Made by a program: the position numbers and the translations under genes. Shown here piece after piece: positions 10,701-20,211 of a stretch of 64,000 nucleotides of DNA. Position 1 is the first letter of the stretch; every line of letters starts with the position of its first letter. The notes beneath the pieces were generated by a model that saw only the letters and a program-made list of their open reading frames with translations, did not search any database and was not told the origin of the DNA. Source of the DNA: Bacteroidales bacterium (GTDB taxonomy: Bacteria; Bacteroidota; Bacteroidia; Bacteroidales; UBA3663); NCBI GenBank assembly GCA_045627785.1, contig JAZQOF010000036.1, positions 21,171 to 85,170 of the forward strand, given 5' to 3'.

Positions 10701-10836
10701 CGCCCGGAATAGGATCACCCATTTCGTCAACTACTGTACCTGATACCGAAATGCTTTGTGCATATGCCACTACTGGGAGGAGGCACAGCATCATGAGAAT
10801 CCACAAGGATTTCATTCTTTGAATAGCATTTTCCAT
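7762..10836 (-). CDS. susC: SusC/RagA-family TonB-dependent receptor
   Basis: N-terminal carboxypeptidase-regulatory-like domain (VSGTVVDEMGDPIPGANV), a plug (VVVIGYGT), a 1024-aa barrel and a C-terminal F. Confidence 0.93.
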   Translation of the reverse strand: MENAIQRMKSLWILMMLCLLPVVAYAQSISVSGTVVDEMGDPIPGANVLQKGTTNGVLTDIDGNFSLKAPSGATLVVSYIGYLSKEVPAAAKVNVVLQEDNKMLDDVVVIGYGTARRSDLTGSIASMSSDALREVPSSDITQSLQGRVAGVDLTTTNSQPGASMQIRIRGQRSLTASNDPLIVLDGIPFMGDLNDISPSSIKSMDILKDAASTAIYGARGANGVIMITTFKGAIEQPATIKYSGYVGFQNAVKYPMMTGAQLEEVRRIANIYTDGEKPKYGLDEKAGLNTDWQDLFYKTGIITNHDLQVAGGTKGGSYNIGLGYHTNKGVVPTQEFTRYNLSANFDQKVGKFVRIGITTNTNYSVTEGSQIGLYGVISASPLVNPYNEDGTFKRAFQSVDDQSWTMTKQTLEGVEESWLSHTTNLGSYNSAFAEISQPWIEGLTYRVNVGANYKMNKNGSFTGTGVNAFLDTNPNGASLRHTETLNWTVENLLTYDNTFAEKHHLNVVGMYSAEQTTFQQSYISGQKIPADYFQYFNIGYAELNLAVPTGSQLYNQSGLMSWMGRAMYTYDDKYMLSVALRSDASSRLAAGHKWHTYPAVSAGWNINKEKFMEDVEWLDQLKVRVGYGETSNQSISPYSTLGRLSTRYYNFGDDYQKGYYVTQLPNPDLGWEYSQTWNYGLDFSLFNGRLSGTFEYYTQSTRDLLLGVNLPSTSGVSSYTANVGETSNKGFELSINGTIIENKDWKWTAGINLYHNHNELVALASGNKEDIGNGWFVGHPIDVIYDYKKVGIWQQGEEELMKILQPDAKVGSIRVEYTGEYDANGKPTRAISEDDRQVMELEPTLMGGFNTNLSWKGLDLSVVGSFKIGGKMVSTLYGSSGYLNMLNGRRGNVDVDYWTPQNTGADFPSPDCVRSDQNPKYGTTLGYFDAGYFKIRSITLGYTVAPKAIKKAGFKSLRAYATIQNPFTFSKYTSMSGQDPEPNAMSGNGQFNATTFGNAGHGIPVVGTNAPFTRNFIFGVDLSF

Positions 10837-10913
10837 AAAAGAATTAGTTGTGTTTATAATTTAATAATGTGAAATAGATTCAACTCTGTGTTTTTTGGTC
10901 TATTTTGACGGTG

Positions 10914-10921
10914 CAAAGGTA
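10914..10921 (-). promoter_or_regulatory. -7 box (TACCTTTG on the minus strand) for the susC-susD operon
   Basis: The plus strand reads CAAAGGTA, about 78 nt upstream of the susC ATG. Confidence 0.5.
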
Positions 10922-11119
10922 AATTAATGTTAATACAATGCAAAATTTCCGTGTCTCATGGTTTTATTTACATGTTTCAAATTTGAGACATTTTGCGTTA
11001 TTTTACAATTTCTTTGCTTATTTTGTGTTGAAATTCGGTAGAAATTTATATTTATGTCTCATTTTGGGGTAAAATTTGAAATAAAACCATAAAACCGTTC
11101 ATTTATGCCATATTTGCAT

Positions 11120-11127
11120 TATCTTTG
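11120..11127 (+). promoter_or_regulatory. -7 box TATCTTTG for the hybrid two-component gene
   Basis: Perfect TAnnTTTG. It overlaps the TTG at 11125 used by the ORF track, which argues that the true start is the ATG at 11146. Confidence 0.55.
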
Positions 11128-11145
11128 TCGAAAAAATATTACATC

Positions 11146-14100
11146 ATGCACCGATTTGTATTATTATTGACCTTTTTTGTGCTGTTTTTTGCTCAAAATC
11201 ACGCACAGGAATTCAAATTTATGCTCGACGAACAGCTTTCGTCTAAGCAGATTTCAGATATTTATCAGGATCGTGACGGTTTTATCTGGATTTCTACTGA
11301 TAAGGGCATAAACCGATTCGACGGAAATAAGGTCAAGAGTTATGTGCATGATGAGATGGACTCGTTGTCTTTGGTAAGCGACCTGACCAATTCTACGATA
11401 GAAGACAGTCGTGGAAATTTCTATGTGGGTACTTATAAGGGAATCCAGCTTCTCGATAAAAATACAAATACTTTCTCGCGTGGCGCAATATATACCGACG
11501 GACGGGATTTCGTTGAGACAGTACAGGGTTTCTGTGAAATGCCAGACGGAACTCTTTATTCATTCGGCGATAACGGTTGGAAAGTCACGATAAAGGACGG
11601 ACGTCCGGTAGTCGAGAGTCCGGAATGGGGCATGGAATCGAGCAGCGTGTTCCGCATCGGCGTCGATAAGCAGACCAATCTCTGGATATTGAGACGTGAT
11701 GACGGTATGTATAAGGTCAGGAGCGGCCAGGCAAAACTTATTGCAAAGATACATCAGGATGATATGACAATCTATGATTTCCACATGATCGATGGAATCA
11801 TATATTTTGTCACTACAGCCAGCGATGTGTATAAATACAATATCGGACAGGAGACGATATCGAAGGTTAATACACAGCCGATATCGAAAGCGTCGATCAG
11901 ATATCTTGTGAAATACGGCAAGAATGAGCTTCTGGTCTGTACCGATGGTAACGGCTTCAAGTTGCTCAATACCGTCACCGGCGAGGTCGAGGATTACTAT
12001 CTGAACATACCGCTGCTGACGTCAAATCACCTCAAACCTCATAATGCGGTCTTTGACCGTAATGGCAACCTTTATATAAATCTGTATCAGAAAGGCGTTG
12101 CTGTAATCTCAAACCAGCATAACGGATTCAGGTATGTGGGTTACAAGTCGCTTCTTAATAATATAATAGGTAACAGTCCTGTTTCGGCAATCGCAAAGGA
12201 TCAGAACGGTAACATCTGGGTGGGAACAGACGGAGACGGCGTATATAAGACCAACAAACAGGGAACAGCTTCCGTACATTTCGAATCGTTTGCCGATGGC
12301 GGTACGACTCCATCCATCATCAAGAGCATCTGTCCCGACTCCAAGGGCGACGTGTGGCTCGGAACCTATGGAAACGGAATCGGAAAGATTGCAGCCAAGG
12401 GAAACAAGTATGTCTCATACGAGAAAGACTTCAAGCGCAACGGCCGAAGCAGTACGCGAATCTATTCGATTGTCGAGGATTTCAACAAACGTCTTTGGGT
12501 TGCTACCTTGGGCGACGGTCTCTATTGCTATGATCTTGAGAAAGGTAAGATGATCGAGGAACTGTCGTTTTTCGAGGAGATGAACAAATGGCTTACGGTT
12601 CTGTATCATACTTCGGATAACCTGTTGATAATAGGTTCGTTCGACGGTTTGTTCTACCTGGATCTCAAGTCCGACTCTATCATGCCGGCACGTATCTCAT
12701 ACCGAACCGTTATCAATACCATTTTCGAGGATTCCAAAGGGCAACTCTGGGCAGGCGACAATAACGGACTTATGCGCTTCGACACTTCGGGTATAGTGAA
12801 GCAATATTCCAGTGAGCAGGGTATATTCAAAGGGGCGGTCAATAGTATCAACGAAGGAAACAACGGAAGCCTTTGGCTCGCGACGGAAAAAGGCCTTATC
12901 AACTTCTTCCCTGAAGACAATCAATACTACAGATATACGACCAACGAAGGTCTTCAGAATATCGACTTTGCCAAGACGGGATCATTCACCGACGATTCTG
13001 GTGCAATATGGTTTGCCGGCGACTATGGTATCACCTCTTTCCATCCGCAGGAACTAGAGACTTCAAAAAACAGAAGACATGTGCGCCTGATAGACTTCCT
13101 GATCAACGATGAGAGTGTGACCACAAATACACTTTCAGGCGGAAAACCTATTGTCGAAGAACCTGTATGGCGTTCCAAGACATTCAATCTGTCAAGTGCC
13201 AACAACTCTTTTGCGGTTGAGTTCGGCACATACGAATTTGAGACTCCTAAGTTTGCCGAGTATCATTATTCTGTCGATAATGGTGCCTGGAAGAAGATAC
13301 AGTCAGGCAGTCAGAAGGCATTCTTCAACAATCTGTCGTCGGGTACTCACACTATCCGGTTCAAGCTCGTCGATAATCTTGTCGAGTCGGATACTCAGGA
13401 GATTCAGGTAATAATCCGTCCGCATTGGTGGATGACAGGGTGGGCGCTTCTCGCGTACATTATTATATTTATAGCGCTTCTGTATTATATATTCAGGCAG
13501 ATCCGTTACCAGATCCGTGTTCAGAAACGCGATGCTCAATATCGTCGTACGACTGAGATCAACGAGGCGAAGCTTCAGTTCTTCACCAATATCTCACACG
13601 AGATCCGTACTCCGCTCACGCTTATAGTCAGTCCGTTGCAAAAACTGATTTCAACCGACATAGATCCAAAGCGTCAGGCAACCTACAAGACGATGCAGCG
13701 CAACTCGATGAAACTGATGCAGCTCATCAATGAGCTTCTCGACTTGCGTAAGATCGATAACGGCCGACTGAAACTCACTTTCAGCAATTCAGATATCATC
13801 GCAAAAGTGAACGATGTGTGTTCGTATTTCAATGTGGTTTCAGAGTCGAAGAACATCACACTTTCGTTTATTCACGAGAACCTCGACCAGCTGCGTATGT
13901 GGATCGACGTGAGCTATTTCGACAAGATCATCATGAACCTGCTGTCAAACGCATTTAAGTTCACACCTCCAGGCGGAAAGGTCATTGTGTCGGTCAGCAC
14001 TGTCCTAGATGGAGATAAGCAGCTTGCACATATCGAGGTGAAAGATACAGGAAAGGGTATAGCCGAAGGAGATCTCGACCGCATCTTCGATCGTTTCTAC

Positions 14101-15147
14101 ATTGCTCAGAACAATGTCGGCAATGGCTCGAGCAACGGTATCGGTTTACACTTGACAAGATCGCTCGTATCTCTGCATCATGGAACTATTGTCGCGCAGA
14201 ACAATACCGACGGACCAGGTGCGTGCTTCATTGTCGAACTCCCATTGGGCAAGGATCATTTCCGCGACGATGAGGTCCTCCTCGAAAAAGAGATTCCTGA
14301 GAACAACGAACTTCTGCAATATAATGTGTTGCCTGAGGATGAGAATGCCGAGAACGGAAAGGCGCAGACAAGCCGTACGATGCTCATCGTCGATGACGAG
14401 CAGGAGATCCTGAATTACTTGCGCAAGGAATTGTCGCAGGATTTCCATATCATCACTTGCAGTAATGGTAAAGACGCTATGCAACAGGTGTTTGCCAAGC
14501 AGCCAGACATTATCATCAGCGATGTTATGATGCCTGAGATGGACGGTATCACATTCTGTAAGAAGATCAAGCAGAACGTTAACTTCAACCATATTCCTGT
14601 GATCCTGCTCTCTGCCAAATCGGATGAAGAGACAAACCTTCAGGGTCTGAAATATGGTGCTGATGCCTATATCACAAAGCCGTTCTACACAGAAGTACTG
14701 CGTCGCACGGCGCTTAACCTCGTCAATCTGCGTTCGACACTCCATAATATCTATACAGGACAGCAGACGCAGGAAGACCGACAGGTACACATCGATATGG
14801 AAAGTCCTAACCAGAAGCTGCTCGACCGAATAATGCGAGTGGTCAATGCCAATATCGACAATCCGGAACTCTCGATCGATATGCTTTGCGATGAGGTAGG
14901 CATCAGTCGTGCTCATATCTACCGCAAGCTGAAGGAGCTGACAAACCAGAGCGGACGAGACTTCATTAAGAACATACGACTGAAATATGCAGAGAATCTT
15001 CTGCTCGAAGATAACTATTCAATAGGAGAGATTGCCGAAAAGGTAGGTTTCACAAAGATCTCGAACTTCTCGGCTTCATTCAAGGATAAATACGGACTTT
15101 CACCACATCAGTGGCGTGAAGCGCATCGTTCATCCCAAAAACAATAA
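11146..15147 (+). CDS. Hybrid two-component system sensor kinase/response regulator with AraC-type HTH (PUL regulator, HTCS)
   Basis: Periplasmic beta-propeller repeats, a TM segment, HisKA (FFTNISHEIRTPLT), HATPase, REC (LIVDDEQEI...SDVMMPEMDG) and a C-terminal AraC HTH. Divergent from susC. Confidence 0.92.
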   Translation: MHRFVLLLTFFVLFFAQNHAQEFKFMLDEQLSSKQISDIYQDRDGFIWISTDKGINRFDGNKVKSYVHDEMDSLSLVSDLTNSTIEDSRGNFYVGTYKGIQLLDKNTNTFSRGAIYTDGRDFVETVQGFCEMPDGTLYSFGDNGWKVTIKDGRPVVESPEWGMESSSVFRIGVDKQTNLWILRRDDGMYKVRSGQAKLIAKIHQDDMTIYDFHMIDGIIYFVTTASDVYKYNIGQETISKVNTQPISKASIRYLVKYGKNELLVCTDGNGFKLLNTVTGEVEDYYLNIPLLTSNHLKPHNAVFDRNGNLYINLYQKGVAVISNQHNGFRYVGYKSLLNNIIGNSPVSAIAKDQNGNIWVGTDGDGVYKTNKQGTASVHFESFADGGTTPSIIKSICPDSKGDVWLGTYGNGIGKIAAKGNKYVSYEKDFKRNGRSSTRIYSIVEDFNKRLWVATLGDGLYCYDLEKGKMIEELSFFEEMNKWLTVLYHTSDNLLIIGSFDGLFYLDLKSDSIMPARISYRTVINTIFEDSKGQLWAGDNNGLMRFDTSGIVKQYSSEQGIFKGAVNSINEGNNGSLWLATEKGLINFFPEDNQYYRYTTNEGLQNIDFAKTGSFTDDSGAIWFAGDYGITSFHPQELETSKNRRHVRLIDFLINDESVTTNTLSGGKPIVEEPVWRSKTFNLSSANNSFAVEFGTYEFETPKFAEYHYSVDNGAWKKIQSGSQKAFFNNLSSGTHTIRFKLVDNLVESDTQEIQVIIRPHWWMTGWALLAYIIIFIALLYYIFRQIRYQIRVQKRDAQYRRTTEINEAKLQFFTNISHEIRTPLTLIVSPLQKLISTDIDPKRQATYKTMQRNSMKLMQLINELLDLRKIDNGRLKLTFSNSDIIAKVNDVCSYFNVVSESKNITLSFIHENLDQLRMWIDVSYFDKIIMNLLSNAFKFTPPGGKVIVSVSTVLDGDKQLAHIEVKDTGKGIAEGDLDRIFDRFYIAQNNVGNGSSNGIGLHLTRSLVSLHHGTIVAQNNTDGPGACFIVELPLGKDHFRDDEVLLEKEIPENNELLQYNVLPEDENAENGKAQTSRTMLIVDDEQEILNYLRKELSQDFHIITCSNGKDAMQQVFAKQPDIIISDVMMPEMDGITFCKKIKQNVNFNHIPVILLSAKSDEETNLQGLKYGADAYITKPFYTEVLRRTALNLVNLRSTLHNIYTGQQTQEDRQVHIDMESPNQKLLDRIMRVVNANIDNPELSIDMLCDEVGISRAHIYRKLKELTNQSGRDFIKNIRLKYAENLLLEDNYSIGEIAEKVGFTKISNFSASFKDKYGLSPHQWREAHRSSQKQ

Positions 15148-15151
15148 CATT

Positions 15152-17836
15152 ATGCAGAACGATTATAAAGAACTGGCATTACAGAACGACGGTCAGCAAG
15201 TTGCCGACGGTCGAGGCAGGAACATCATACCACAGGCAGAAAAGGATCCGCTTTGGAAGAGATATTTCGAGAAGTTCGACGATCCTCTCATACTAATTCT
15301 CTTTGCAGCCCTTGTGCTTTCATGCGCATTGGTGACCTATGAGATCGGCTGGGCGAACGGCTCATGGAAACTCATCATCGAGCCTATAGGAATCCTTGTT
15401 GCTATCCTTCTCTCGACAGGCATAGGCTTTGTTGTCGAACTGAAGGCAGAGAAGGAATTCGAGATCCTGAATCAGGTCAACGACGACGAGACGGTCAAGG
15501 TGTATCGAAAGATAAGAATCGACGATAGCAATTTTATAGTGCGTCTGATTGAGGTGCAGAAGAAAGATGTGGTTGTGGGCGATGTGATCCGTGTTGAGGC
15601 AGGCGATGCTATTCCTGCCGACGGTGAACTGCTTACGTCCAACCGTCTGTCGGTCGATGAGAGCGCATTTACAGGCGAGCCTTTTGCCAACAAACATACA
15701 AAACTCGATTCTACCAACGACAAAGGTGCTGCTTATGCAAGAAATGTAGTACTGCGAGGTTCAACTGTGATCGAAGGCAATGGAATCTACCAGGTCAAAG
15801 CCGTGGGTATCGACACAGAAGAAGGCAAGGGTGCACTTAATGTTCAGAGCGGCAAAGAGGTTAAGACACCTTTGGACAAGCAGCTTGATGGACTCGGAAA
15901 GTGGATTTCGGTGCTCAGCATGATTCTTGGTGTGCTCGTTCTTGTGGCTCGTGTCGTGTATTATTTCTTCATTGCCGACTACGATAGTCTCGACTATTCG
16001 ATGGTTAACAACATAGCATACGTGCTTGAGAGCGTGATGATTGCCGTGACACTTGTCGTTGCTGCAGTTCCTGAGGGATTGCCGATGAGTATCACAATGA
16101 GTCTTGCCCTTAGTATGCGTCGTATGTTGCAGGAAAACAACCTTGTGCGCAAGCTCCATGCCTGCGAGACGATGGGCGCAGCAACAGTAATCTGTACCGA
16201 CAAGACAGGAACTCTCACTCAGAATAAGATGACTGTGGTCGAGAGTCTCATTCCGTCACGGGTGCTTGACAAGGTTCTGATGAATATGGCAGTCAACTCG
16301 ACAGCAACGCTCAATATAGATGCAAACGGAGTTCTTACGTCATTGGGAAATCCTACCGAAGGAGCTCTGCTACGCTGGCTTGAGGAGAAGAATCCTGGCG
16401 AGGACAATACCTTCCGTTATCAGGTGACACGTAACGAAGTCAATGTCACCGAACAGATTCCGTTCTCGACCGAGACGAAGTGCATGATTACTACCCTGAA
16501 TCATCTTCCGGCTTCCGAACAACCTGATAGCAACAATCCTATGGTCTTCGTAAAGGGTGCGCCTGAAGTTGTTATGGCTCAGTGTGAATCGTTTGCTGAA
16601 GGTCTTTCTCAGGAGGCAGTCGAGACGACATTGAAGAGCTATATGGCGAAGGCATATCGTACATTGGCATTTGCTGCTGATGGTGTCTTCCTGGGCATTG
16701 TGGGTATTGCCGATCCAATACGCATCGACGTGCCTGAGGCGATAAGAGTGTGCAAGGAACAAGCTCATGTCAAGGTTATTATCGTCACTGGCGACAATCC
16801 AGGCACAGCCAACGAGATAGGACGACAGATAGGTCTGTTGGCAGAAGATGAGACCGACAAGACTCTCACAGGAACAGAGTTCGCTGCTATGGATGACAAG
16901 ACAATACGCGAACTGCTCAAGGAGAATAGGATCAAGATCATTGCCCGCGCTAAACCTGATGATAAGGCCCGGCTCGTGCGTCTGCTTCAGAAGAACAAGG
17001 AAGTGGTTGCCGTTACAGGCGATGGTACCAACGATGCGCCAGCCTTGAGCAAGGCACATGTCGGTCTTTCGATGGGCGATGGCACAGCTCGTGCGAAAGA
17101 TGCATCGGATATCACTATCATCGACAATTCCTTTGCTTCGATCAACAAGGCAATCCTTTGGGGCCGCTCGATCTATAAGAATATCCGCCGATTCATAGTG
17201 TTCCAGACCATCGTCAATGTCAGTGCGTGTTTCATTGTGCTTTTCGGTGCGTTTGTCGGTCTCGACTCGCCTCTCAATGTCATGCAGATGCTTTGGGTGA
17301 ATCTCATTATGGATACCTTTGCGGCGCTCGCTCTTTCCACAATACCGCCAGATGCGAGTGTGATGGACGAGAAACCTCGTTCGTGGAAGGCTCATATCAT
17401 CTCGCGCAAGACAGGAACCTATATCTTTGCCTATGGTCTTTCGTTCTTCATTGTGCTTGCTGCACTATGGATGCATCTGTTGTTCAATAATGAAGGACAG
17501 CCACATCTCGATGCGCACGAACTTGGATTCTTCTTCTCGATCTTCGTGTTCCTCCAGCTGTGGAACCTTCCTAATACCCGTTATTTCGACTCGAAACGCA
17601 GTTTCTTCGGCGATCTCATGCTTTTGGCAAAGGGTAGGATCAAGGGCGCAGATGTCTTCAGCTTTGCCTTCTGTGCAATGTTTGTGATCATCCTTATCGG
17701 TCAGATCTTCATTGTCGAGTTCTTTGGCGATGCGTTCGGCGTAGCAGACCTCCCAACAGAAAAATGGCTGATCGCAATAGTTGCAACCAGCCCTGTATTG
17801 TTAGTTTCTGAAATCTACAGACTGTTCAGAAAATAA
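15152..17836 (+). CDS. Calcium-translocating P-type ATPase (PMCA/SERCA-like)
   Basis: DKTGTLT phosphorylation motif, TGDGTNDAPAL hinge, PEGLP in M4 and 10-TM architecture. The start is set at ATG 15152 to avoid overlap with the HTCS gene. Confidence 0.9.
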   Translation: MQNDYKELALQNDGQQVADGRGRNIIPQAEKDPLWKRYFEKFDDPLILILFAALVLSCALVTYEIGWANGSWKLIIEPIGILVAILLSTGIGFVVELKAEKEFEILNQVNDDETVKVYRKIRIDDSNFIVRLIEVQKKDVVVGDVIRVEAGDAIPADGELLTSNRLSVDESAFTGEPFANKHTKLDSTNDKGAAYARNVVLRGSTVIEGNGIYQVKAVGIDTEEGKGALNVQSGKEVKTPLDKQLDGLGKWISVLSMILGVLVLVARVVYYFFIADYDSLDYSMVNNIAYVLESVMIAVTLVVAAVPEGLPMSITMSLALSMRRMLQENNLVRKLHACETMGAATVICTDKTGTLTQNKMTVVESLIPSRVLDKVLMNMAVNSTATLNIDANGVLTSLGNPTEGALLRWLEEKNPGEDNTFRYQVTRNEVNVTEQIPFSTETKCMITTLNHLPASEQPDSNNPMVFVKGAPEVVMAQCESFAEGLSQEAVETTLKSYMAKAYRTLAFAADGVFLGIVGIADPIRIDVPEAIRVCKEQAHVKVIIVTGDNPGTANEIGRQIGLLAEDETDKTLTGTEFAAMDDKTIRELLKENRIKIIARAKPDDKARLVRLLQKNKEVVAVTGDGTNDAPALSKAHVGLSMGDGTARAKDASDITIIDNSFASINKAILWGRSIYKNIRRFIVFQTIVNVSACFIVLFGAFVGLDSPLNVMQMLWVNLIMDTFAALALSTIPPDASVMDEKPRSWKAHIISRKTGTYIFAYGLSFFIVLAALWMHLLFNNEGQPHLDAHELGFFFSIFVFLQLWNLPNTRYFDSKRSFFGDLMLLAKGRIKGADVFSFAFCAMFVIILIGQIFIVEFFGDAFGVADLPTEKWLIAIVATSPVLLVSEIYRLFRK

Positions 17837-17853
17837 TTAATTCATATGAATTA

Positions 17854-18525
17854 TCAATTATCAATTGGAATATTCATACCAAGATTCTTGATATCGACGA
17901 GCTGCATGCGGAAATAGAGATTCGAATAAGGATCGATGTTTGAGTTTCCAGCTTGGCCGTAAGCGAGATACCAAGGAATGCACACGAGCCAGGAATCGCC
18001 GATGTGCATGTGCTGAAGCACGTCGCCCCATCCGGTAATCACGCTTGCACAAGTGAAATCCTCGAAGAACTCTACCTGCTTAGACTCAATAGTGTCGGCC
18101 TTATTGTTACCGTCAAAGAATATTCTGTCCATCACAGCAGGATCGTTGAACGATGCATCGTCGATTGGAAGTTTCTTCATCACCGACTTAGGGTCATAAA
18201 GAGTGTAATGCATCTTCAGCGTGCTTGTGTAGAATGGAGTATACCACTTGCCAATCTTTTCAAGACTGTCTTTGTTGGCCGATGAGATCACGCGATAGAA
18301 GCACTTGTACGACAATGGTTCGGACAAGCTTCGGATCGAATCGCCGAAATATGCGTTCTGACCCATAGACTTCTGGTACTGAGTGATGCGGTACATGATC
18401 TCATTGTTCTTGTCTCGCCACTCGTAGTATTTGCTGTAATCTACTTTGTCTTCATCGACATTGGAGCAGGCCGCAATAAAGAGACCTGCGCCAAGTGCAA
18501 ATAGTATATATAGAAGTTTCTTCAT
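17854..18525 (-). CDS. FKBP-type peptidyl-prolyl isomerase lipoprotein
   Basis: Lipobox LFIAAC and an FKBP-like C-terminus (GWGDVLQHMHIGDSWLVCIPWYLAYGQAG...LYFRMQLVDI). Confidence 0.7.
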   Translation of the reverse strand: MKKLLYILFALGAGLFIAACSNVDEDKVDYSKYYEWRDKNNEIMYRITQYQKSMGQNAYFGDSIRSLSEPLSYKCFYRVISSANKDSLEKIGKWYTPFYTSTLKMHYTLYDPKSVMKKLPIDDASFNDPAVMDRIFFDGNNKADTIESKQVEFFEDFTCASVITGWGDVLQHMHIGDSWLVCIPWYLAYGQAGNSNIDPYSNLYFRMQLVDIKNLGMNIPIDN

Positions 18526-20087
18526 TAGTCGTTTTCAATCTTACGAAGCAAAGATGAGATATTCACACTGTCACCGATGATCTTGTGGAGGTCAGCGATA
18601 GCAACACGTTCCTGAGCCATTGTATCGCGGTAACGGAGAGTAACAGTGTTGTCTTCGATAGTCTGGCCATCGACAGTGATACAGTATGGAGTACCGATAG
18701 CGTCCTGACGACGGTAGCGCTTACCGATAGAATCCTTAACCTCGATCTGGCAGTTGTAGTCATAACGGAGTTCCTTGAGGATTTCCTCTGCCTTCTCTGG
18801 AAGACCATCCTTGTTGACGAGTGGAAGGATAGCAACCTTGACTGGAGCAAGTGCAGGTGGAAGAGAAAGAACAACACGAGTCTCGCCCTTCTCGTTTACA
18901 ACCTCTTCCTTGTAAGAAGCAGCCATAACGCTGAGGAACATACGGTCAACACCGATAGAAGTCTCGATTACGTATGGAGTGTAGCTCTCGTTCGACTCTG
19001 GATCGAAGTACTCGATCTTCTTTCCGCTGTACTTAGCGTGCTGTGAGAGGTCGAAGTTTGTACGAGAGTGGATACCTTCAACTTCCTTGAAGCCGAATGG
19101 CATGTTGAACTCGATGTCTGTAGCTGCATTTGCATAGTGAGCAAGCTTGTCGTGATCGTGGAAACGGTACATGTGGCTACCGAAGCCGAGAGCCTCGTGC
19201 CATGAACGACGAGTCTTCTTCCACTTAGCGAACCAGTCAAGCTCTGTACCAGGCTTGATGAAGAACTGCATCTCCATCTGTTCGAACTCACGCATACGGA
19301 AGATGAACTGACGGGCAACGATCTCGTTACGGAAAGCCTTACCGATCTGTGCGATACCGAAAGGAAGCTTCATACGACCAGTCTTCTGTACGTTGAGGTA
19401 GTTAACGAAGATACCCTGTGCTGTTTCTGGACGGAGGTAGATCTTCATGTTGTTGTCGGCTGTTGAACCCATCTCTGTAGAGAACATGAGGTTGAACTGA
19501 CGAACATCTGTCCAGTTCTTTGTGCCGCTGATTGGATCAACGATTTCTTCATCGATGATGATCTGCTTCATGCCTTCGAGATCAATACCGCCAGGAGCGT
19601 TCATTACTTCCTGGAAACGCTTGTGGAGAGCGTCCATCTTAGCCTGATTCTCGAGTACACGAGCATTAGTAGCGCGGAACTGAGCCTCGTCGAATGCCTC
19701 GCCGAACTTCTTGCGAGCCTTCTCAACTTCCTTGTTCATCTTATCCTCGTACTTAGCCATCTGCTCTTCGATGAGCACGTCGGCACGATAACGCTTCTTC
19801 GAGTCCTTGTTGTCGATCAAAGGATCGTTGAATGCATCAACGTGACCAGAAGCCTTCCAAGTAGTTGGATGCATGAAAATTGCAGCGTCGATACCCACAA
19901 TATTCTCGTGGAGCTTAGTCATAGCCTCCCACCAGTAACGCTTGATATTGTTCTTGAGCTCTACACCATTCTGACCGTAGTCATAAACGGCACCGAGACC
20001 GTCATAGATTTCGCTTGAAGGGAAAACAAAGCCATATTCCTTACAGTGAGAAACAAGCTTTTTGAATACATCTTCCTGAGTTGCCAT
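18525..20087 (-). CDS. glyQS: Glycine--tRNA ligase (dimeric class II)
   Basis: N-terminus FVFPSSEIYDGLGAVYDYGQNGVELKNNIKRYWW, class II motifs and 520 aa. Confidence 0.95.
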   Translation of the reverse strand: MATQEDVFKKLVSHCKEYGFVFPSSEIYDGLGAVYDYGQNGVELKNNIKRYWWEAMTKLHENIVGIDAAIFMHPTTWKASGHVDAFNDPLIDNKDSKKRYRADVLIEEQMAKYEDKMNKEVEKARKKFGEAFDEAQFRATNARVLENQAKMDALHKRFQEVMNAPGGIDLEGMKQIIIDEEIVDPISGTKNWTDVRQFNLMFSTEMGSTADNNMKIYLRPETAQGIFVNYLNVQKTGRMKLPFGIAQIGKAFRNEIVARQFIFRMREFEQMEMQFFIKPGTELDWFAKWKKTRRSWHEALGFGSHMYRFHDHDKLAHYANAATDIEFNMPFGFKEVEGIHSRTNFDLSQHAKYSGKKIEYFDPESNESYTPYVIETSIGVDRMFLSVMAASYKEEVVNEKGETRVVLSLPPALAPVKVAILPLVNKDGLPEKAEEILKELRYDYNCQIEVKDSIGKRYRRQDAIGTPYCITVDGQTIEDNTVTLRYRDTMAQERVAIADLHKIIGDSVNISSLLRKIEND

Positions 20088-20118
20088 AATATATAATTTT
20101 ATTTGAATTTACAAAGGG

Positions 20119-20126
20119 CAAAGATA
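20119..20126 (-). promoter_or_regulatory. -7 box (TATCTTTG on the minus strand) for glyQS
   Basis: The plus strand reads CAAAGATA, about 30 nt upstream of the ATG. Confidence 0.55.
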
Positions 20127-20199
20127 ATATATTTCTTTGAAAATAAGGAGCGATTTCATAAATATTATGTTTTTTATACTTTAATTTTATTAAAATTGC

Positions 20200-20207
20200 T
20201 ACCTTTG
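20200..20207 (+). promoter_or_regulatory. -7 box TACCTTTG directly in front of the TatD-family gene
   Basis: Perfect TAnnTTTG ending 4 nt before the ATG at 20212, which implies a leaderless or near-leaderless mRNA. Confidence 0.45.
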
Positions 20208-20211
20208 CAGT

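Noticed and set aside
11125-11145. The TTG start at 11125 for the HTCS gene, the TTG start at 25437 for the Zn-ADH, and the TTG start at 31317 for the SIS protein.
   Set aside because: At 11125 and 31317 a consensus -7 promoter box overlaps or lies downstream of the proposed start. At 25437 the extension starts inside the hairpin after the previous gene. In-frame ATG codons at 11146, 25455 and 31380 give typical N-termini.
16370-17395. A 341-aa ORF antisense to the P-type ATPase gene. Similar long antisense ORFs lie at 27028..28056 (gpmI), 14146..14916 (HTCS), 61280..61972 (aroA), 23515..24000 (AKR) and 42065..42643 (cas9).
   Set aside because: Each sits opposite a gene with unmistakable conserved motifs, and the peptides are Cys/His/Arg-rich with odd composition. 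These are typical shadow ORFs.
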